Shown here: positions 19,979 through 30,092 of the stretch, in pieces | Layout: every line of letters starts with the position of its first letter | Position numbering within the stretch: the first letter of the stretch is position 1 | Source: an uncultured archaeon | GTDB taxonomy: Archaea; Thermoplasmatota; Thermoplasmata; Thermoplasmatales; Thermoplasmataceae | Length of the DNA: 64,000 nucleotides | NCBI GenBank assembly: GCA_000965745.1 | Contig: CP009479.1 | Location: 128,001-192,000 of the forward strand | Direction: 5' to 3' | Program-made: the position numbers and the translations under genes | The notes under the pieces: generated by a model | The model's database searches: none | Told to the model about the DNA's origin: nothing | The model's input: only the letters and a program-made list of their open reading frames with translations

Positions 19979-20950
19979 TTGCAATACAATATATTCGTGG
20001 AAGATCCAAGAAGGTCGATGATCAAGACCCTTCGTGACCGTCTGGAGTCAAGGGGATTCAGGGTATCGGATCCGGAACTGGAAGGATTTGTCAGCTTCGA
20101 TCTGATTGCCAGGAGAGATTCTGAGCGGTACATACTCAAGGTGCTGCAGAACGTTGACACGTTCAAGAGCATCAATGCGGGCGAGATCATCAGGCTGGCC
20201 AGGATGACTTCATCAGCCGCAATCGTGATTGGCGGAAGGGGAGGAAGCGGCAGCCTGCAGAGGGGTGTAGTCTACTACAGGCACCATGTGCCGATACTTT
20301 CGCTTAAGACCTATCTGGACTACATCGATGGAGATGTGCCGTATGTTTACTCGGGCCCCGGAGGTTTCTACATCCCAATAGACGGCGAAGCAATGAGGTC
20401 CGCCCGTGAGGAAATGGGTTTTTCCATAGGCTTTGTTTCAAACAAGATTGGAACATCTAGAAGATCCATATCCCTCTATGAGTCCGGGAACGCAGCCACT
20501 GTGGATATATTTCTCAAGCTTGAGAACCTTCTCCTGCGTGACATAAGGAGGAGGCTTGACATGCTCAATGTACGCTCGGAAGCACCCATAACGAGCCCGG
20601 CAGAATTTGCCAACAGCTTCATTGAAGAAGTATTCAACATAATGATGCGGGGTGGCTACGATTTCCAGTCCGTGAAGAAGTCCCCATTCGATGCGATAGC
20701 CTACGAGACGCTGGAAACGCTCATGCTTGTCGGCCTCTTCGAAGACATGAGCAGCAGGACAGAGAGGGCTGTAGCGATACGGAACGTGAGCGAGATTTTT
20801 GAGAACATACCGCTGATAATCAGCAAGACGAATACTGACAAGGAACACATTGGCGGGTGCCCAGTGATAAACCTGTCAGAGCTGAGGCATGCACAGGACA
20901 AGAGAGATATAGTAAAAATACTGGTAAAGAAGAACAGATATGACATCTGA
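19979..20950 (+). CDS. Archaeal cro/C1 HTH transcriptional regulator (COG1395-type)
   Basis: SFDLIARR, GVVYYRH, GPGGFY..IDG, HTH GTSRRSISLYE, SPFDA. Start may be ATG 20018. Confidence 0.85.
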   Translation: MQYNIFVEDPRRSMIKTLRDRLESRGFRVSDPELEGFVSFDLIARRDSERYILKVLQNVDTFKSINAGEIIRLARMTSSAAIVIGGRGGSGSLQRGVVYYRHHVPILSLKTYLDYIDGDVPYVYSGPGGFYIPIDGEAMRSAREEMGFSIGFVSNKIGTSRRSISLYESGNAATVDIFLKLENLLLRDIRRRLDMLNVRSEAPITSPAEFANSFIEEVFNIMMRGGYDFQSVKKSPFDAIAYETLETLMLVGLFEDMSSRTERAVAIRNVSEIFENIPLIISKTNTDKEHIGGCPVINLSELRHAQDKRDIVKILVKKNRYDI

Positions 20951-21587
20951 GTCAACCTACACAATCAACGGTACCAGGGTGACTCTCTTTGGGGGAATAA
21001 AGGGACTAGTATCTGAGGGTGAGGCTCTGAGGCGCGGCCTGATCATAAACAGGCCGGATGTTATTTTAATTACCATATCGGAAGAACATGTTGAAGGGCT
21101 TTCAGAGTTCATGAAAGACCCGTTCGAGATGATCCTTTCCGATTATGAGATAATCTATGGGGTGCACCTTTCCGTTTATGGTGAAGTCATGACTCCGCCC
21201 CCCATATACACTGAAAGCGTAAGGTATGCCGAAGACAACGGGATAGAAATCATCGGCCTGGACATGAACGAGGGCGAGTTTTCAAAGCTTTATTCCAAGA
21301 AAGTTGGAACATTTGCACTGGTGCGCCATTCAGTAAGGAAGAGAAGGCTCATAAAGAAGGAGTTCAAGGATCGGACGCCTGATGAATTCGTGAAATCCTG
21401 GGAAGAAAGGGTGAACAACATAAGGGCCCTGAGAGAGGTTGATCGGATACGCGTGGAGAAGATGGAAAACTCCCTCATGGAACACCTTGAAGGATCGCGA
21501 TGGAAGAATGCATTTGTTGTCGTGGACTTTGAATTCTTTGACCATTTCAACGCTTTCCTGAAAGCTATGCCTTCTGGGAATGAGTGA
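20940..21587 (+). CDS. Conserved hypothetical protein
   Basis: 215 aa ORF overlapping the upstream gene; IKGLVSE, YGEV..PPP, GLDM.E. Confidence 0.7.
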   Translation: MTSESTYTINGTRVTLFGGIKGLVSEGEALRRGLIINRPDVILITISEEHVEGLSEFMKDPFEMILSDYEIIYGVHLSVYGEVMTPPPIYTESVRYAEDNGIEIIGLDMNEGEFSKLYSKKVGTFALVRHSVRKRRLIKKEFKDRTPDEFVKSWEERVNNIRALREVDRIRVEKMENSLMEHLEGSRWKNAFVVVDFEFFDHFNAFLKAMPSGNE

Positions 21588-22182
21588 TCCTGCCCTTCCT
21601 CTTTCCAGCGAATATCATGTAGAGTTCGCTGCTTCCCGAACGTGATGCTTTTGGCGTAGTCTTCTTTTTGAACCTGTACTTCCTCGCCCATTCCCTGAAG
21701 AACTCTTCTGTCATGTCCCCCTGGAACTGTTTGACTATGGCCTTTCCATCCTGCTCAAGAAATTCATCCGCGAGTTCCATGACCCTCCTGCATAGCAGGT
21801 ATGACGAAGAGTGGTCAATGTTCCTGTCACCGCTTGTCTTGACCATTGCGTCCGACAGGATAGCATCAAAATGGTCCCTGCCAAGCTCTGCAAGGATCTC
21901 CTTGAGCTTCCCTTCCAGTTCTCTGTTGAAAACGTTGCTCTTTATGAAAATAATGCCGGGGATCGGCTCCATCTTCTCGACGTCTACGGAAACCACGGTC
22001 TCTCCCGTTATTTCCCTGATTATCTGGGTCCAGCCGCCGGGTGAAGAGCCAATCTCCAGGACCAGGTCACCTTCCTGCAGCAGCTCGAATTTTTCCTGTA
22101 TTTCAAGGATCTTGAAGGATGCCCTGCTTCGAAAGCCCGCGTTCTTTGCCTTGTGATAGAACGAGTCTTTTCTCCTGTTCAT
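21565..22182 (-). CDS. rlmE: 23S rRNA 2'-O-methyltransferase RlmE/FtsJ
   Basis: RSRASFK..EI, GSSPGGW, SD, K.FQG, ASR..SSE.Y. Confidence 0.95.
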   Translation of the reverse strand: MNRRKDSFYHKAKNAGFRSRASFKILEIQEKFELLQEGDLVLEIGSSPGGWTQIIREITGETVVSVDVEKMEPIPGIIFIKSNVFNRELEGKLKEILAELGRDHFDAILSDAMVKTSGDRNIDHSSSYLLCRRVMELADEFLEQDGKAIVKQFQGDMTEEFFREWARKYRFKKKTTPKASRSGSSELYMIFAGKRKGRITHSQKA

Positions 22183-22186
22183 CTGA

Positions 22187-22567
22187 TTAATTTTCGCCTA
22201 TGATCTTCCTGTACTCGGGAGCGGACATTCCCTTCTCCGAGCCCGGGGAATCCAGCTTGATCTTCACAATCCAGTTGCTGTAGCTGTCTTCATTGACGAG
22301 TTCCGGCTTATCCTCCAGCGCACTGTTGACTTCCAGGACTGTTCCTGAGACTGGGGCATAGACATCTTCAGCTGACTTGACCGATTCGATTGTGAGAAGA
22401 ACATCTCCCAGCTTCTTCTTGTCCCCGACAGAGGGGACCTCAATGTAAACAATATCGGTCAGCTGGTTCTGGGCATAATCCGTGACACCAATGGTTGCAA
22501 TGTCTCCTTCAACTTTGAACCACTCGTGGCTTTTCGTATAGTTAAGGTCTTCCGGGACTTTTGACAT
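22187..22567 (-). CDS. gcvH: Glycine cleavage system H protein (lipoyl carrier)
   Basis: YTKSHEW, GVTDYAQ, IESVKSA (lipoyl Lys), PELVN. Confidence 0.93.
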   Translation of the reverse strand: MSKVPEDLNYTKSHEWFKVEGDIATIGVTDYAQNQLTDIVYIEVPSVGDKKKLGDVLLTIESVKSAEDVYAPVSGTVLEVNSALEDKPELVNEDSYSNWIVKIKLDSPGSEKGMSAPEYRKIIGEN

Positions 22568-22701
22568 GGTTACGAAATGCTTTGACACTTATAAAAATGA
22601 TTTCTTGTTTTTCAAATTCCATGCTTCCGTTGCTGAATCCACACTTCCCTCTGGACAAAGTAATTGAATGCGGCAATCTTCCGCTGCCTGCAGTCAAAGG
22701 T

Positions 22702-23526
22702 TCACGAATAGTGGGTGAGGGACTTCTGCATCTCCCTGGACTTCTTTCTGTTCGAATGCAGGGGAGCGACATAATTTTCCATGGCTTCAACAATCTCCAT
22801 GGACGAGCCGTTGAGCTCGGGTATGACAATGGATCTCACCGCCCTTTGCTCCGGCACTTCTCTGCACCGGTTGTAGACTGTGCCGTCCACTTTCAGTCCC
22901 ATGTTTTCTATGTCTTCCTTAATCTCCCCGGTCTGTACAAGGCTCAGTTCATCCATTGTTGTAACAATATGGAATCGTGTTTCCTGCATCCTGTCCCAGA
23001 CCCTGTTGGCGAGATTCTTCCATTCCTCCAGTATATTGAAAGTTTTTGATATCCGGAAACGGTTTTTTAATCTGAGGTATATCTTTATGTCCCTGTCGAG
23101 GTGCTCGTAAAATTCCCTTTCCAGGAGCAGAAGATGCATTGTTGATGAAGAAGCTGCCGTGTCCCACACCACATAGTCATACTTCCCGGATTCCTCAAGC
23201 TCGACGATGTTGGCAATCATGAATTCCTCTGCCACACCTGGACTGCTCGCGATATGGTCTATTATCCAGTCTTCAACTTCCACAAACTCCTTCAGAACCG
23301 CTGCGACCTGATCGCCGTAGCGGAACTTCCACCTCCCCGAGACTTCTTTCTCGGAGAGCTCGATAACATCCAGGTTTTCACGCTCCTCCCTGAAAATGTA
23401 CCTGAGTGATGGCATGAAATCGCTTGATACGATAGCCGTCCTGCCCCTCCTGGAGCAATACAGCGCGTATGCTGATGCCACACTGGTCTTTCCCACTCCA
23501 CCCTTTCCAAGGAAGGCGGTTATCAT
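22702..23526 (-). CDS. ArsA/GET3-family ATPase
   Basis: GKGGVGKTS, SPG..E, VVWDTA. Confidence 0.85.
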   Translation of the reverse strand: MITAFLGKGGVGKTSVASAYALYCSRRGRTAIVSSDFMPSLRYIFREERENLDVIELSEKEVSGRWKFRYGDQVAAVLKEFVEVEDWIIDHIASSPGVAEEFMIANIVELEESGKYDYVVWDTAASSSTMHLLLLEREFYEHLDRDIKIYLRLKNRFRISKTFNILEEWKNLANRVWDRMQETRFHIVTTMDELSLVQTGEIKEDIENMGLKVDGTVYNRCREVPEQRAVRSIVIPELNGSSMEIVEAMENYVAPLHSNRKKSREMQKSLTHYS

Positions 23527-23636
23527 CGTTAAATTAAATATCAACACGGAGAACTTAATAGTCTAACCTTAAATATTGCAAGTATTGGCGAAAAGCCTGC
23601 GCAAAGTATTTTGCCGGGTGTGGCCTACAATAACCC

Positions 23637-24158
23637 ATGAGGTCCTTTATTGCCGTTTCCATCCAGCCCAACGATGCAATAACTTCTTTGATGAAAGCCA
23701 TTGAACCCCTGAAGGGGTCAAAGGTCCCGCACAACAGGCTTATGCACATGACACTCGCGTTCCTTGACGAGATTTCTGAAGATGAAAAGAACCTGATTTG
23801 CAGCATTTTATCCGGCATAACCTACCAGTCATTTCAGCTCAAAACAACACATGTAGGCGCATTTCCCGACCTCAGGAAAGCCAGGGTTGCGTTCATAGGG
23901 GTGGACTCCCCTGAGGTTGTGCAGCTCCAGAAGATCCTTATGGAAAGGCTTCCTGAAAAGTTCAGGGAAAAAAGGGATTTCGTCCCCCATCTCACTGTCT
24001 CGCGCTTCAAGAGGCCCCCGGACATCAGAGGGCTTATCGGGGAAACAGGGAATGCCGATTTTGGAGACTATAAAGTGGATAAGCTTACACTTTACAGGAG
24101 TGAGCTTACCCCCCAGGGGGCTATTTACACAGAGATCTGCAGCGCTCAGCTGATATAA
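23637..24158 (+). CDS. thpR: RNA 2',3'-cyclic phosphodiesterase (2H family)
   Basis: MR.FIA, HMTLAFL, PHLTVSR, SELTPQG.IY. Confidence 0.93.
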   Translation: MRSFIAVSIQPNDAITSLMKAIEPLKGSKVPHNRLMHMTLAFLDEISEDEKNLICSILSGITYQSFQLKTTHVGAFPDLRKARVAFIGVDSPEVVQLQKILMERLPEKFREKRDFVPHLTVSRFKRPPDIRGLIGETGNADFGDYKVDKLTLYRSELTPQGAIYTEICSAQLI

Positions 24159-24457
24159 TTTGTCCTGTCGCCGTCTTCCTTGGCCTGCTTCGGCTTCAGG
24201 AGGTCCTCATCGCTGAACTCTATTGCGATAAGCCCGGATACAGGAATGAGCCTGAGAAATGACTTTTCGCCTTCCGTTATCCTGAAGCATATTGCCCCTT
24301 CCTCACCGAGAATCGTGTAGCCCACGAATTCCCCTTCTGTCTTCATTGGCTCGTCTCTTCCGCTGTTCGATATAACTACGTATTTTCCCCCTTTTCTTAT
24401 CTCAATCATTTCCATATTCATCATCAACTGTCGAATTAATTTGCTCTCAATTCCCAC
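24146..24457 (-). CDS. Small conserved hypothetical protein
   Basis: T.G.FVGYT.LG, RLIP; start uncertain (Met-rich region ~24400-24425). Confidence 0.65.
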   Translation of the reverse strand: MGIESKLIRQLMMNMEMIEIRKGGKYVVISNSGRDEPMKTEGEFVGYTILGEEGAICFRITEGEKSFLRLIPVSGLIAIEFSDEDLLKPKQAKEDGDRTNYIS

Positions 24458-24543
24458 GTGAATCTGGTACCTACATTAGTATATTCTTAAAAAAATATTT
24501 CTTTGGGCTATCCGGAATTCAGGGGATGAAAAGGCCTGACTCT

Positions 24544-24990
24544 TCATTGGCCTTTTTCCGCCCTTGCCTTGAGTTCAGATATCCTCTCTACATTCTTCCT
24601 GTAGTTGTCCAGCGCCATCTTTACGTTGACTTCGACCCAGCTCCAGGCCTTGAGGAGATCCCCTGATCTAAGCCTGTACTTCTTCATCTTTCCCTCCTGA
24701 ATCTCTTCAAGCATGTCCATGGATTTCAGCTTGTTCATGTGCCGGTAAAGCGTTGTCCTGCTCGTGTGAAGATATGACATAAGCTCATCTCCTGTCCAGT
24801 AACGGTCGCTGCGCATCAGGAAGCAATCCTTGAACAGCCTGAAATAGGCGGACTTAGAAATGGAATTGAAGTCAGTTTGGATATTGAGCCTGGGAATGTA
24901 CCCGATGTCGGAGAGGAAATAAGCTATGTTTCTGTCAAGATCATCACCGGGATCCCTTGTGGGGCTGGATACAATGGTCATTTTAAACAT
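24544..24990 (-). CDS. Winged-helix DNA-binding protein
   Basis: TGDELMSYLHTSRTTLYRHMNKL...KKYRLR. Confidence 0.8.
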   Translation of the reverse strand: MFKMTIVSSPTRDPGDDLDRNIAYFLSDIGYIPRLNIQTDFNSISKSAYFRLFKDCFLMRSDRYWTGDELMSYLHTSRTTLYRHMNKLKSMDMLEEIQEGKMKKYRLRSGDLLKAWSWVEVNVKMALDNYRKNVERISELKARAEKGQ

Positions 24991-25142
24991 AGGGAATCCA
25001 AGAGATAGCTACGCTATTTTAATAAAGTTGTTTATCAGAACCTCATGATGTTTATGAGCCGGACATCCTGCAAATACGTGAAAGGCGAAAGAATATTACT
25101 TATAAGCTGCAAGCGATAAACCTGCGGGGAGCAGGAGGAACA

Positions 25143-25838
25143 TTGCCGCTCATAAAATGCAACAGGACCAGTATAGGAAGGGTTGTGCTTGACGGGAGCC
25201 GAACTGAGATTGCAGCCTCCATCTTTGATGATGATTCCGCTTCATTAATGCGCAGCTTTGAAAGCGGAAGAAGGGATTTTTCCACCCTGTATGAGGTCAG
25301 GTACGACCTTTTTTCCAGCAGAAGCGGCAAGGAGCTGCAGAATGTTCTGGATTACCTCAACCACTACGGTGCGGACTACATTTTCACCTTCAGATCGGAG
25401 GATCCTGAATTGCTTTCCCAATACTACGGGATAGCTGCAGATTCCGGTGTCCCCGCAGCTGACATTGAGATCGCCGTGTATGAGGCGATAAGGAACGATG
25501 CGGGCTTCAACACCCTAATGCTCTCGCACCACTCCTATTCCGGGGAGAGCGTTGTGCCTGCCTATGAGGCAATAATGAAACAGGCACCCGATATTGTAAA
25601 ACTGGCTTCAAGATACGATGAGTACAGCTCATTCCAGGACGACTTTCTGAAACTGCAGGAGCTCAAGCAGGACAGCGGAAAATGCATGAGCTACATACCC
25701 ATGGGCCGGCCGAATTCATTCCTGAGGATCATGTCAGCATATGTTCTTTCAGACTTAGTGTATGCAAAGGAATCCGGTGAAACCGGCGAAGGCCAGCTCA
25801 CCGGGGAAGAGTATGCAGGATTCTTCAAACTTTTCTAG
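25143..25838 (+). CDS. aroD: Type I 3-dehydroquinate dehydratase-like protein
   Basis: EVRYD, IFTFRS, DIE, LSHH, DIVKLA, PMG, GQ. Confidence 0.7.
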   Translation: MPLIKCNRTSIGRVVLDGSRTEIAASIFDDDSASLMRSFESGRRDFSTLYEVRYDLFSSRSGKELQNVLDYLNHYGADYIFTFRSEDPELLSQYYGIAADSGVPAADIEIAVYEAIRNDAGFNTLMLSHHSYSGESVVPAYEAIMKQAPDIVKLASRYDEYSSFQDDFLKLQELKQDSGKCMSYIPMGRPNSFLRIMSAYVLSDLVYAKESGETGEGQLTGEEYAGFFKLF

Positions 25839-26473
25839 ATCCCCAGGGTCACCAGAACCCCGGCTATGCCCGATACTATAAACTCTATCCCTATTGCCGC
25901 CAGCAGGAGGCCCATTATCCTTGAAATTATGAGTGACCCCGTCTTTCCTATGCGGTTAAGGATATTCATCGAGAACTTGAGTATGAAGAACGCTATTATC
26001 ATTACGACAATAATGGCTATTATAACCGAAAACCTGTCAAGTATTCCGTTGCTCCTGGAATTGAAATATATGATAGCAGTTGTTATGGAGCCTGGACCTG
26101 CAAGCAGCGGCACTCCGATTGGCACTATCCCAACGGCCTCCCTCTCAACGTAGTCCTGCTGTTCGAGCGGGGTCAGCTTAGTCGTTGACAGCTTCCCCTG
26201 AATCATGTCGAAGGCGACCTTGAAAAGGAGTATGCCGCCGGCAATCTTGAAATCTGAAATGTCTATGCCGAGAACGCTGAATATATATTCCCCGAGGAAC
26301 ATGAAGCCCAGAATCATTCCGCCGGCCACCATTATTGCCTTTCTGATGACGCGGTTCAGTTCCTCTCTGGAAAATCCCTCCGTAAGCGCAACCAGAGTCG
26401 GCACTGCCCCTAGTGGGTTGACCAGGGCAAATATTGCCGCAACTACCGTGAGCATGAATATCACCGGGGACAT
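25835..26473 (-). CDS. MarC family membrane protein
   Basis: NPLG, FKIAGGILLF, PLLAGPGSIT, RIMGLLL. Confidence 0.93.
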   Translation of the reverse strand: MSPVIFMLTVVAAIFALVNPLGAVPTLVALTEGFSREELNRVIRKAIMVAGGMILGFMFLGEYIFSVLGIDISDFKIAGGILLFKVAFDMIQGKLSTTKLTPLEQQDYVEREAVGIVPIGVPLLAGPGSITTAIIYFNSRSNGILDRFSVIIAIIVVMIIAFFILKFSMNILNRIGKTGSLIISRIMGLLLAAIGIEFIVSGIAGVLVTLGI

Positions 26474-26579
26474 CGACCCTAGCCATGTTTCGGCCTCTAT
26501 TAATCCTATGCCATAGAGTGTCCATGCCCCATTCAGATTTTCTTAAAACAATATAAATAGAAATTCCTGTTGTAGAACA

Positions 26580-27260
26580 ATGGTCAACGTAAGCTTCCTT
26601 AAGCGTCTCCTCAGTGTGGGGGAGAAAAACGTCCTGAACCAGTTGACTGAATTCACTGATCTCGGCGGAGAGGCGAGTGATCTGCTCAAGATCATGCTTT
26701 CGGCAGAGGACAGCCTTGATCAGCTTAATGACGAGATCAGGGAGGTTGAAAGGAACGGAGACGATGTAGCGATCCGTGTGAAGAGAGATATAACAGGAGG
26801 AGCCATCAGCTCTAACCTGATGGAGAACCTGGTAACTGTCACGGAGACCTTTGATGACATCATTGACAAGGCTTACTTCATCAGCAGGGAACTCAGGAGG
26901 ATGAATCTTTACCACAGGGAGAGAAACGATACGGCCATAGACCTGATTGGAAGCTCGTACGAGATTTTTTCCAGGATGCTTGATCTCATAAAAGAGGCCC
27001 TCTCCTACGTGAAGAGGATGCTGAAGGCCAGCGACATTGACATCATGCGGGGCATCAGGGAGGACATTGAAGTTCTTGAGGAAAAGGGCGACGAGCTCAA
27101 GGACGACCTTATCGATGAAATATACAGGGTTGCCGATTCAATATCGTACCTCGTTTTCACGCACCTGACAGGGGTGGTCCACAAGATTGATGATATGCTT
27201 GACGGCTGCGAGGATATCTCTGACCTCGTTCTCACGATAAACCTCTCTCTTACAAAATGA
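26580..27260 (+). CDS. DUF47/PhoU-like phosphate transport regulator
   Basis: ERNGD and EEKGD repeats, DDIID/DDMLD; coupled to the Pit gene. Confidence 0.88.
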   Translation: MVNVSFLKRLLSVGEKNVLNQLTEFTDLGGEASDLLKIMLSAEDSLDQLNDEIREVERNGDDVAIRVKRDITGGAISSNLMENLVTVTETFDDIIDKAYFISRELRRMNLYHRERNDTAIDLIGSSYEIFSRMLDLIKEALSYVKRMLKASDIDIMRGIREDIEVLEEKGDELKDDLIDEIYRVADSISYLVFTHLTGVVHKIDDMLDGCEDISDLVLTINLSLTK

Positions 27261-28159
27261 TGCTTTACTTCATCCTGGTGGTCATCACCGCCGGAATTCT
27301 TACCGCGTTTGTAGCAGGAAACAACCTTTCAGCGGCCGTTGGTATGGTCATAGGGGGGAGGATAGTCACAAAATCCACAGGACTGGCTATAGGGATCGCA
27401 GGTTTTCTTGCCGGGCTATACCTCCAGGGGGCTGACCTGAGAACCGCTTCGGAAGCACTCCTGCCACATTCGTACAACATCATATTCTATGCACTCCTGA
27501 TCTCCTCGCTTATTTTTGCCATGGCATCCTTTGTGAGGGCGCCGCTTTCACTCATAATGGCCCTGCTTGGTGCGGCTGTGGGGCTATCGCTGCATTACGG
27601 CCACAGCATAGACATTGGTTTTGTGAGGTTCACCGTCCTCACCTGGGTCATTGCGCCGGTCGTATCCATCGCATCAGCATTTGCCCTGAACAGGGCCCTT
27701 ACAAGGCATGAGTTCAAGGATTCCTGGAGAACTGCTGTCATCTTCAAGGTGCTTCTGATCATCGTCTCCTTTTTCACTGCCTTTACCCTTGGGGCAAACA
27801 CCCTTGGCTTTATTGATGAAGTTTCAGGTTCCGGATACCTTGTGCTCGGAAGCATGACGGCAGGGATAATCGTTGGTTCTGTCTTTCTCAGCAGTGGCGT
27901 GATAAAGAGAGTAGGGCAGGAGATATACCTCATGAGGTACACGAATGCCTTTTCCGCCCTCTTCGTTTCGTCCATGATTGTAGAGGCTGCCACATTCTTC
28001 GGGATACCCGTCTCAAACACGCAGACCCTGACATCAAGCGTTTTCGGGACGGGAATATCATATAAGTTCAAGGCAATATACCTGAGGCCGTTCCTTATGA
28101 TAGTTATAACATGGGCCATATCCCCGGTTGCGGGATTTGTTCTCGGCTGGATAATATGA
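27257..28159 (+). CDS. Inorganic phosphate transporter (Pit family)
   Basis: GNN and GANT signature repeats, P.S..Q, W.I(A/S)P. Confidence 0.88.
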   Translation: MMLYFILVVITAGILTAFVAGNNLSAAVGMVIGGRIVTKSTGLAIGIAGFLAGLYLQGADLRTASEALLPHSYNIIFYALLISSLIFAMASFVRAPLSLIMALLGAAVGLSLHYGHSIDIGFVRFTVLTWVIAPVVSIASAFALNRALTRHEFKDSWRTAVIFKVLLIIVSFFTAFTLGANTLGFIDEVSGSGYLVLGSMTAGIIVGSVFLSSGVIKRVGQEIYLMRYTNAFSALFVSSMIVEAATFFGIPVSNTQTLTSSVFGTGISYKFKAIYLRPFLMIVITWAISPVAGFVLGWII

Positions 28160-28170
28160 AAAAATAGGTT

Positions 28171-29862
28171 TTACTGTTCTGATAGGTCCTCGAGAACAGC
28201 TCCTCTTGAAGCAGAGGTAACGAGCCTGGCATACTGGGCGAGGAGTCCCTTCCTGTGCTTGGGAGGCGGGGCTTTCCAGTCTGCAAGCCTTCTGTTTATT
28301 TCCTCTTCAGCAAGGTGAAGGTCGATCTTCCCGGTTGCTATATCAATTGTTATCATGTCGCCTTCCTTGACGATAGCCATGGGTCCGCCGACATATGCTT
28401 CCGGTGCCACATGCCCAACCATCATTCCTCTTGTGGCGCCTGAAAATCTTCCGTCGGTCACAAGTGCAACCGACTCTCCGAGGTCCTGGCCCACTATAGC
28501 TGCCGTGACTGCAAGCATCTCCCTCATTCCGGGCCCGCCCTTCGGCCCCTCGTACCTTATCACTACAACGTCCCCGCTCTTGATCTTCCTGTCGAGCACT
28601 GCCTGGAATGCTCCGTCCTCTGAATCAAAGACCTTCGCTGGACCGGTGTGCTTCTTTATCTTTGAGGCTGAACTCTTCAGGACACACCCCTCAGGCGCAA
28701 GCGATCCTTTCAGTATGCTTATGCCTCCTGTAGGCTGGTATGCAGAATCCATGTTCTTCACCACCTTTTCAGAGACCGCTGCCACTCTTACATCTGAGAG
28801 GTTCTGTGCAACAGTCTTTCCAGATACCGTGATGCTGTCGCCGTTCAGCAGGCCGGCATCAAGGAGTTTCTTCATTATTATCGGGACTCCGCCAACCCTG
28901 TTCAGGTCCGCCATTACGTATTCCCCTCCGGGTTTCATATTTACAATCTCTGGTATGCGCCTGCTTATTCTTTCAAAATCTTCGATTTCAAGCCTGACCC
29001 CTGCTTCATGTGCTATGCCAAGAAGGTGAAGGACGGCGTTTGTTGAACCGCCTGATGCCATGAGAAGGGCTATTGCGTTCTCAAAGGATTCGAACCCGAG
29101 GATATCCCTTGGCTTTAGGTCCGTTTCCAGCAGGTGCATGAGGGTCTCGCCAGTCTTGTGCGCGTATATGGACTTCTGCCCGTCAACAGCAGGAGGCGAT
29201 GCGCTTCCCGGAAGTGCAAGGCCGAGCGCTTCAGTCATCATTGCCATCGTGTTTGCAGTGTAGAGGCCGCCACATGCTCCGGACGTGGGTATAGCCTTAT
29301 CCTCCATGAGCTTCAGGTCTTCTATGCTCATCTTTGATGCGCTGAATGCGCCAACTGCTTCGTAGACATCCCCGATTGCTATGTCCTTCTCGAAGAAGGT
29401 CCCCGGAAGTGTTGTTCCTGCGTACATGACAACGGATGGTATGTTCATCCTGGCCATTGCCATCATCATTCCCGGATTTGTCTTGTCGCAGCCTGAGAGG
29501 GCTGCGAAGCCATCGTATCCATGGGCATTGACAGTCATCTCCACAGTATTGGCAACCATCTCCCTGCTTACGAGAGAGTATTTCATTCCTTCCGTTCCCA
29601 TGGCTATTCCATCTATAACAACGGGGGCGGTGAATGTCCTTGGGGTTCCCCCTGCAGATTCTATCCCTGCTTTTGTGTGCTGTGAAAGTGAAAGTGCATG
29701 TATGTTGCAGGGACCCGCCTCGTTCCAGGCAACAGCTATGCCGACAATGGGCTTTTCCAGGTCATTGTCGGATAATCCCATAGCCTTCATGAAAGCACGG
29801 TTAGGCGCACGTTCAGGTCCGCCGTAAACAACCTTAGATCTCATATACCCGTATCCTTCCAT
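28171..29862 (-). CDS. ilvD: Dihydroxy-acid dehydratase
   Basis: [42 protein letters not shown]. Start may be 29844. Confidence 0.96.
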   Translation of the reverse strand: MEGYGYMRSKVVYGGPERAPNRAFMKAMGLSDNDLEKPIVGIAVAWNEAGPCNIHALSLSQHTKAGIESAGGTPRTFTAPVVIDGIAMGTEGMKYSLVSREMVANTVEMTVNAHGYDGFAALSGCDKTNPGMMMAMARMNIPSVVMYAGTTLPGTFFEKDIAIGDVYEAVGAFSASKMSIEDLKLMEDKAIPTSGACGGLYTANTMAMMTEALGLALPGSASPPAVDGQKSIYAHKTGETLMHLLETDLKPRDILGFESFENAIALLMASGGSTNAVLHLLGIAHEAGVRLEIEDFERISRRIPEIVNMKPGGEYVMADLNRVGGVPIIMKKLLDAGLLNGDSITVSGKTVAQNLSDVRVAAVSEKVVKNMDSAYQPTGGISILKGSLAPEGCVLKSSASKIKKHTGPAKVFDSEDGAFQAVLDRKIKSGDVVVIRYEGPKGGPGMREMLAVTAAIVGQDLGESVALVTDGRFSGATRGMMVGHVAPEAYVGGPMAIVKEGDMITIDIATGKIDLHLAEEEINRRLADWKAPPPKHRKGLLAQYARLVTSASRGAVLEDLSEQ

Positions 29863-29883
29863 TATTTTATAATGACGTGTTAT

Positions 29884-29959
29884 TGATGATCATTCCGCAG
29901 TTAGCGGAGGGCTGTTGATGCGGAGAAGGCTTGGAACCGCCAGGGCTGATCCTTTTTTT
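29884..29959 (+). ncRNA. Candidate small structured (C/D-box-like) RNA
   Basis: TGATGA ... CTGT-TGATGC ... CTGA, two internal hairpins, T7 run immediately downstream. Confidence 0.3.
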
Positions 29960-30092
29960 GCGGAGATACAAAGATTTAAATCTTCTGTTATGGAATACAG
30001 GTCTGCAATATTGCCTGGTACAGTTATGGTCTGATCATACAGTACAGTTTCAAGCCAGCAGGTCTTGCAACAAAAGGGGGTTTCTTGAGGAT

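Noticed and set aside
26178-26915. 245-aa minus-strand ORF and the many other antisense ORFs in the track
   Set aside because: They overlap well-supported genes and lack motifs.
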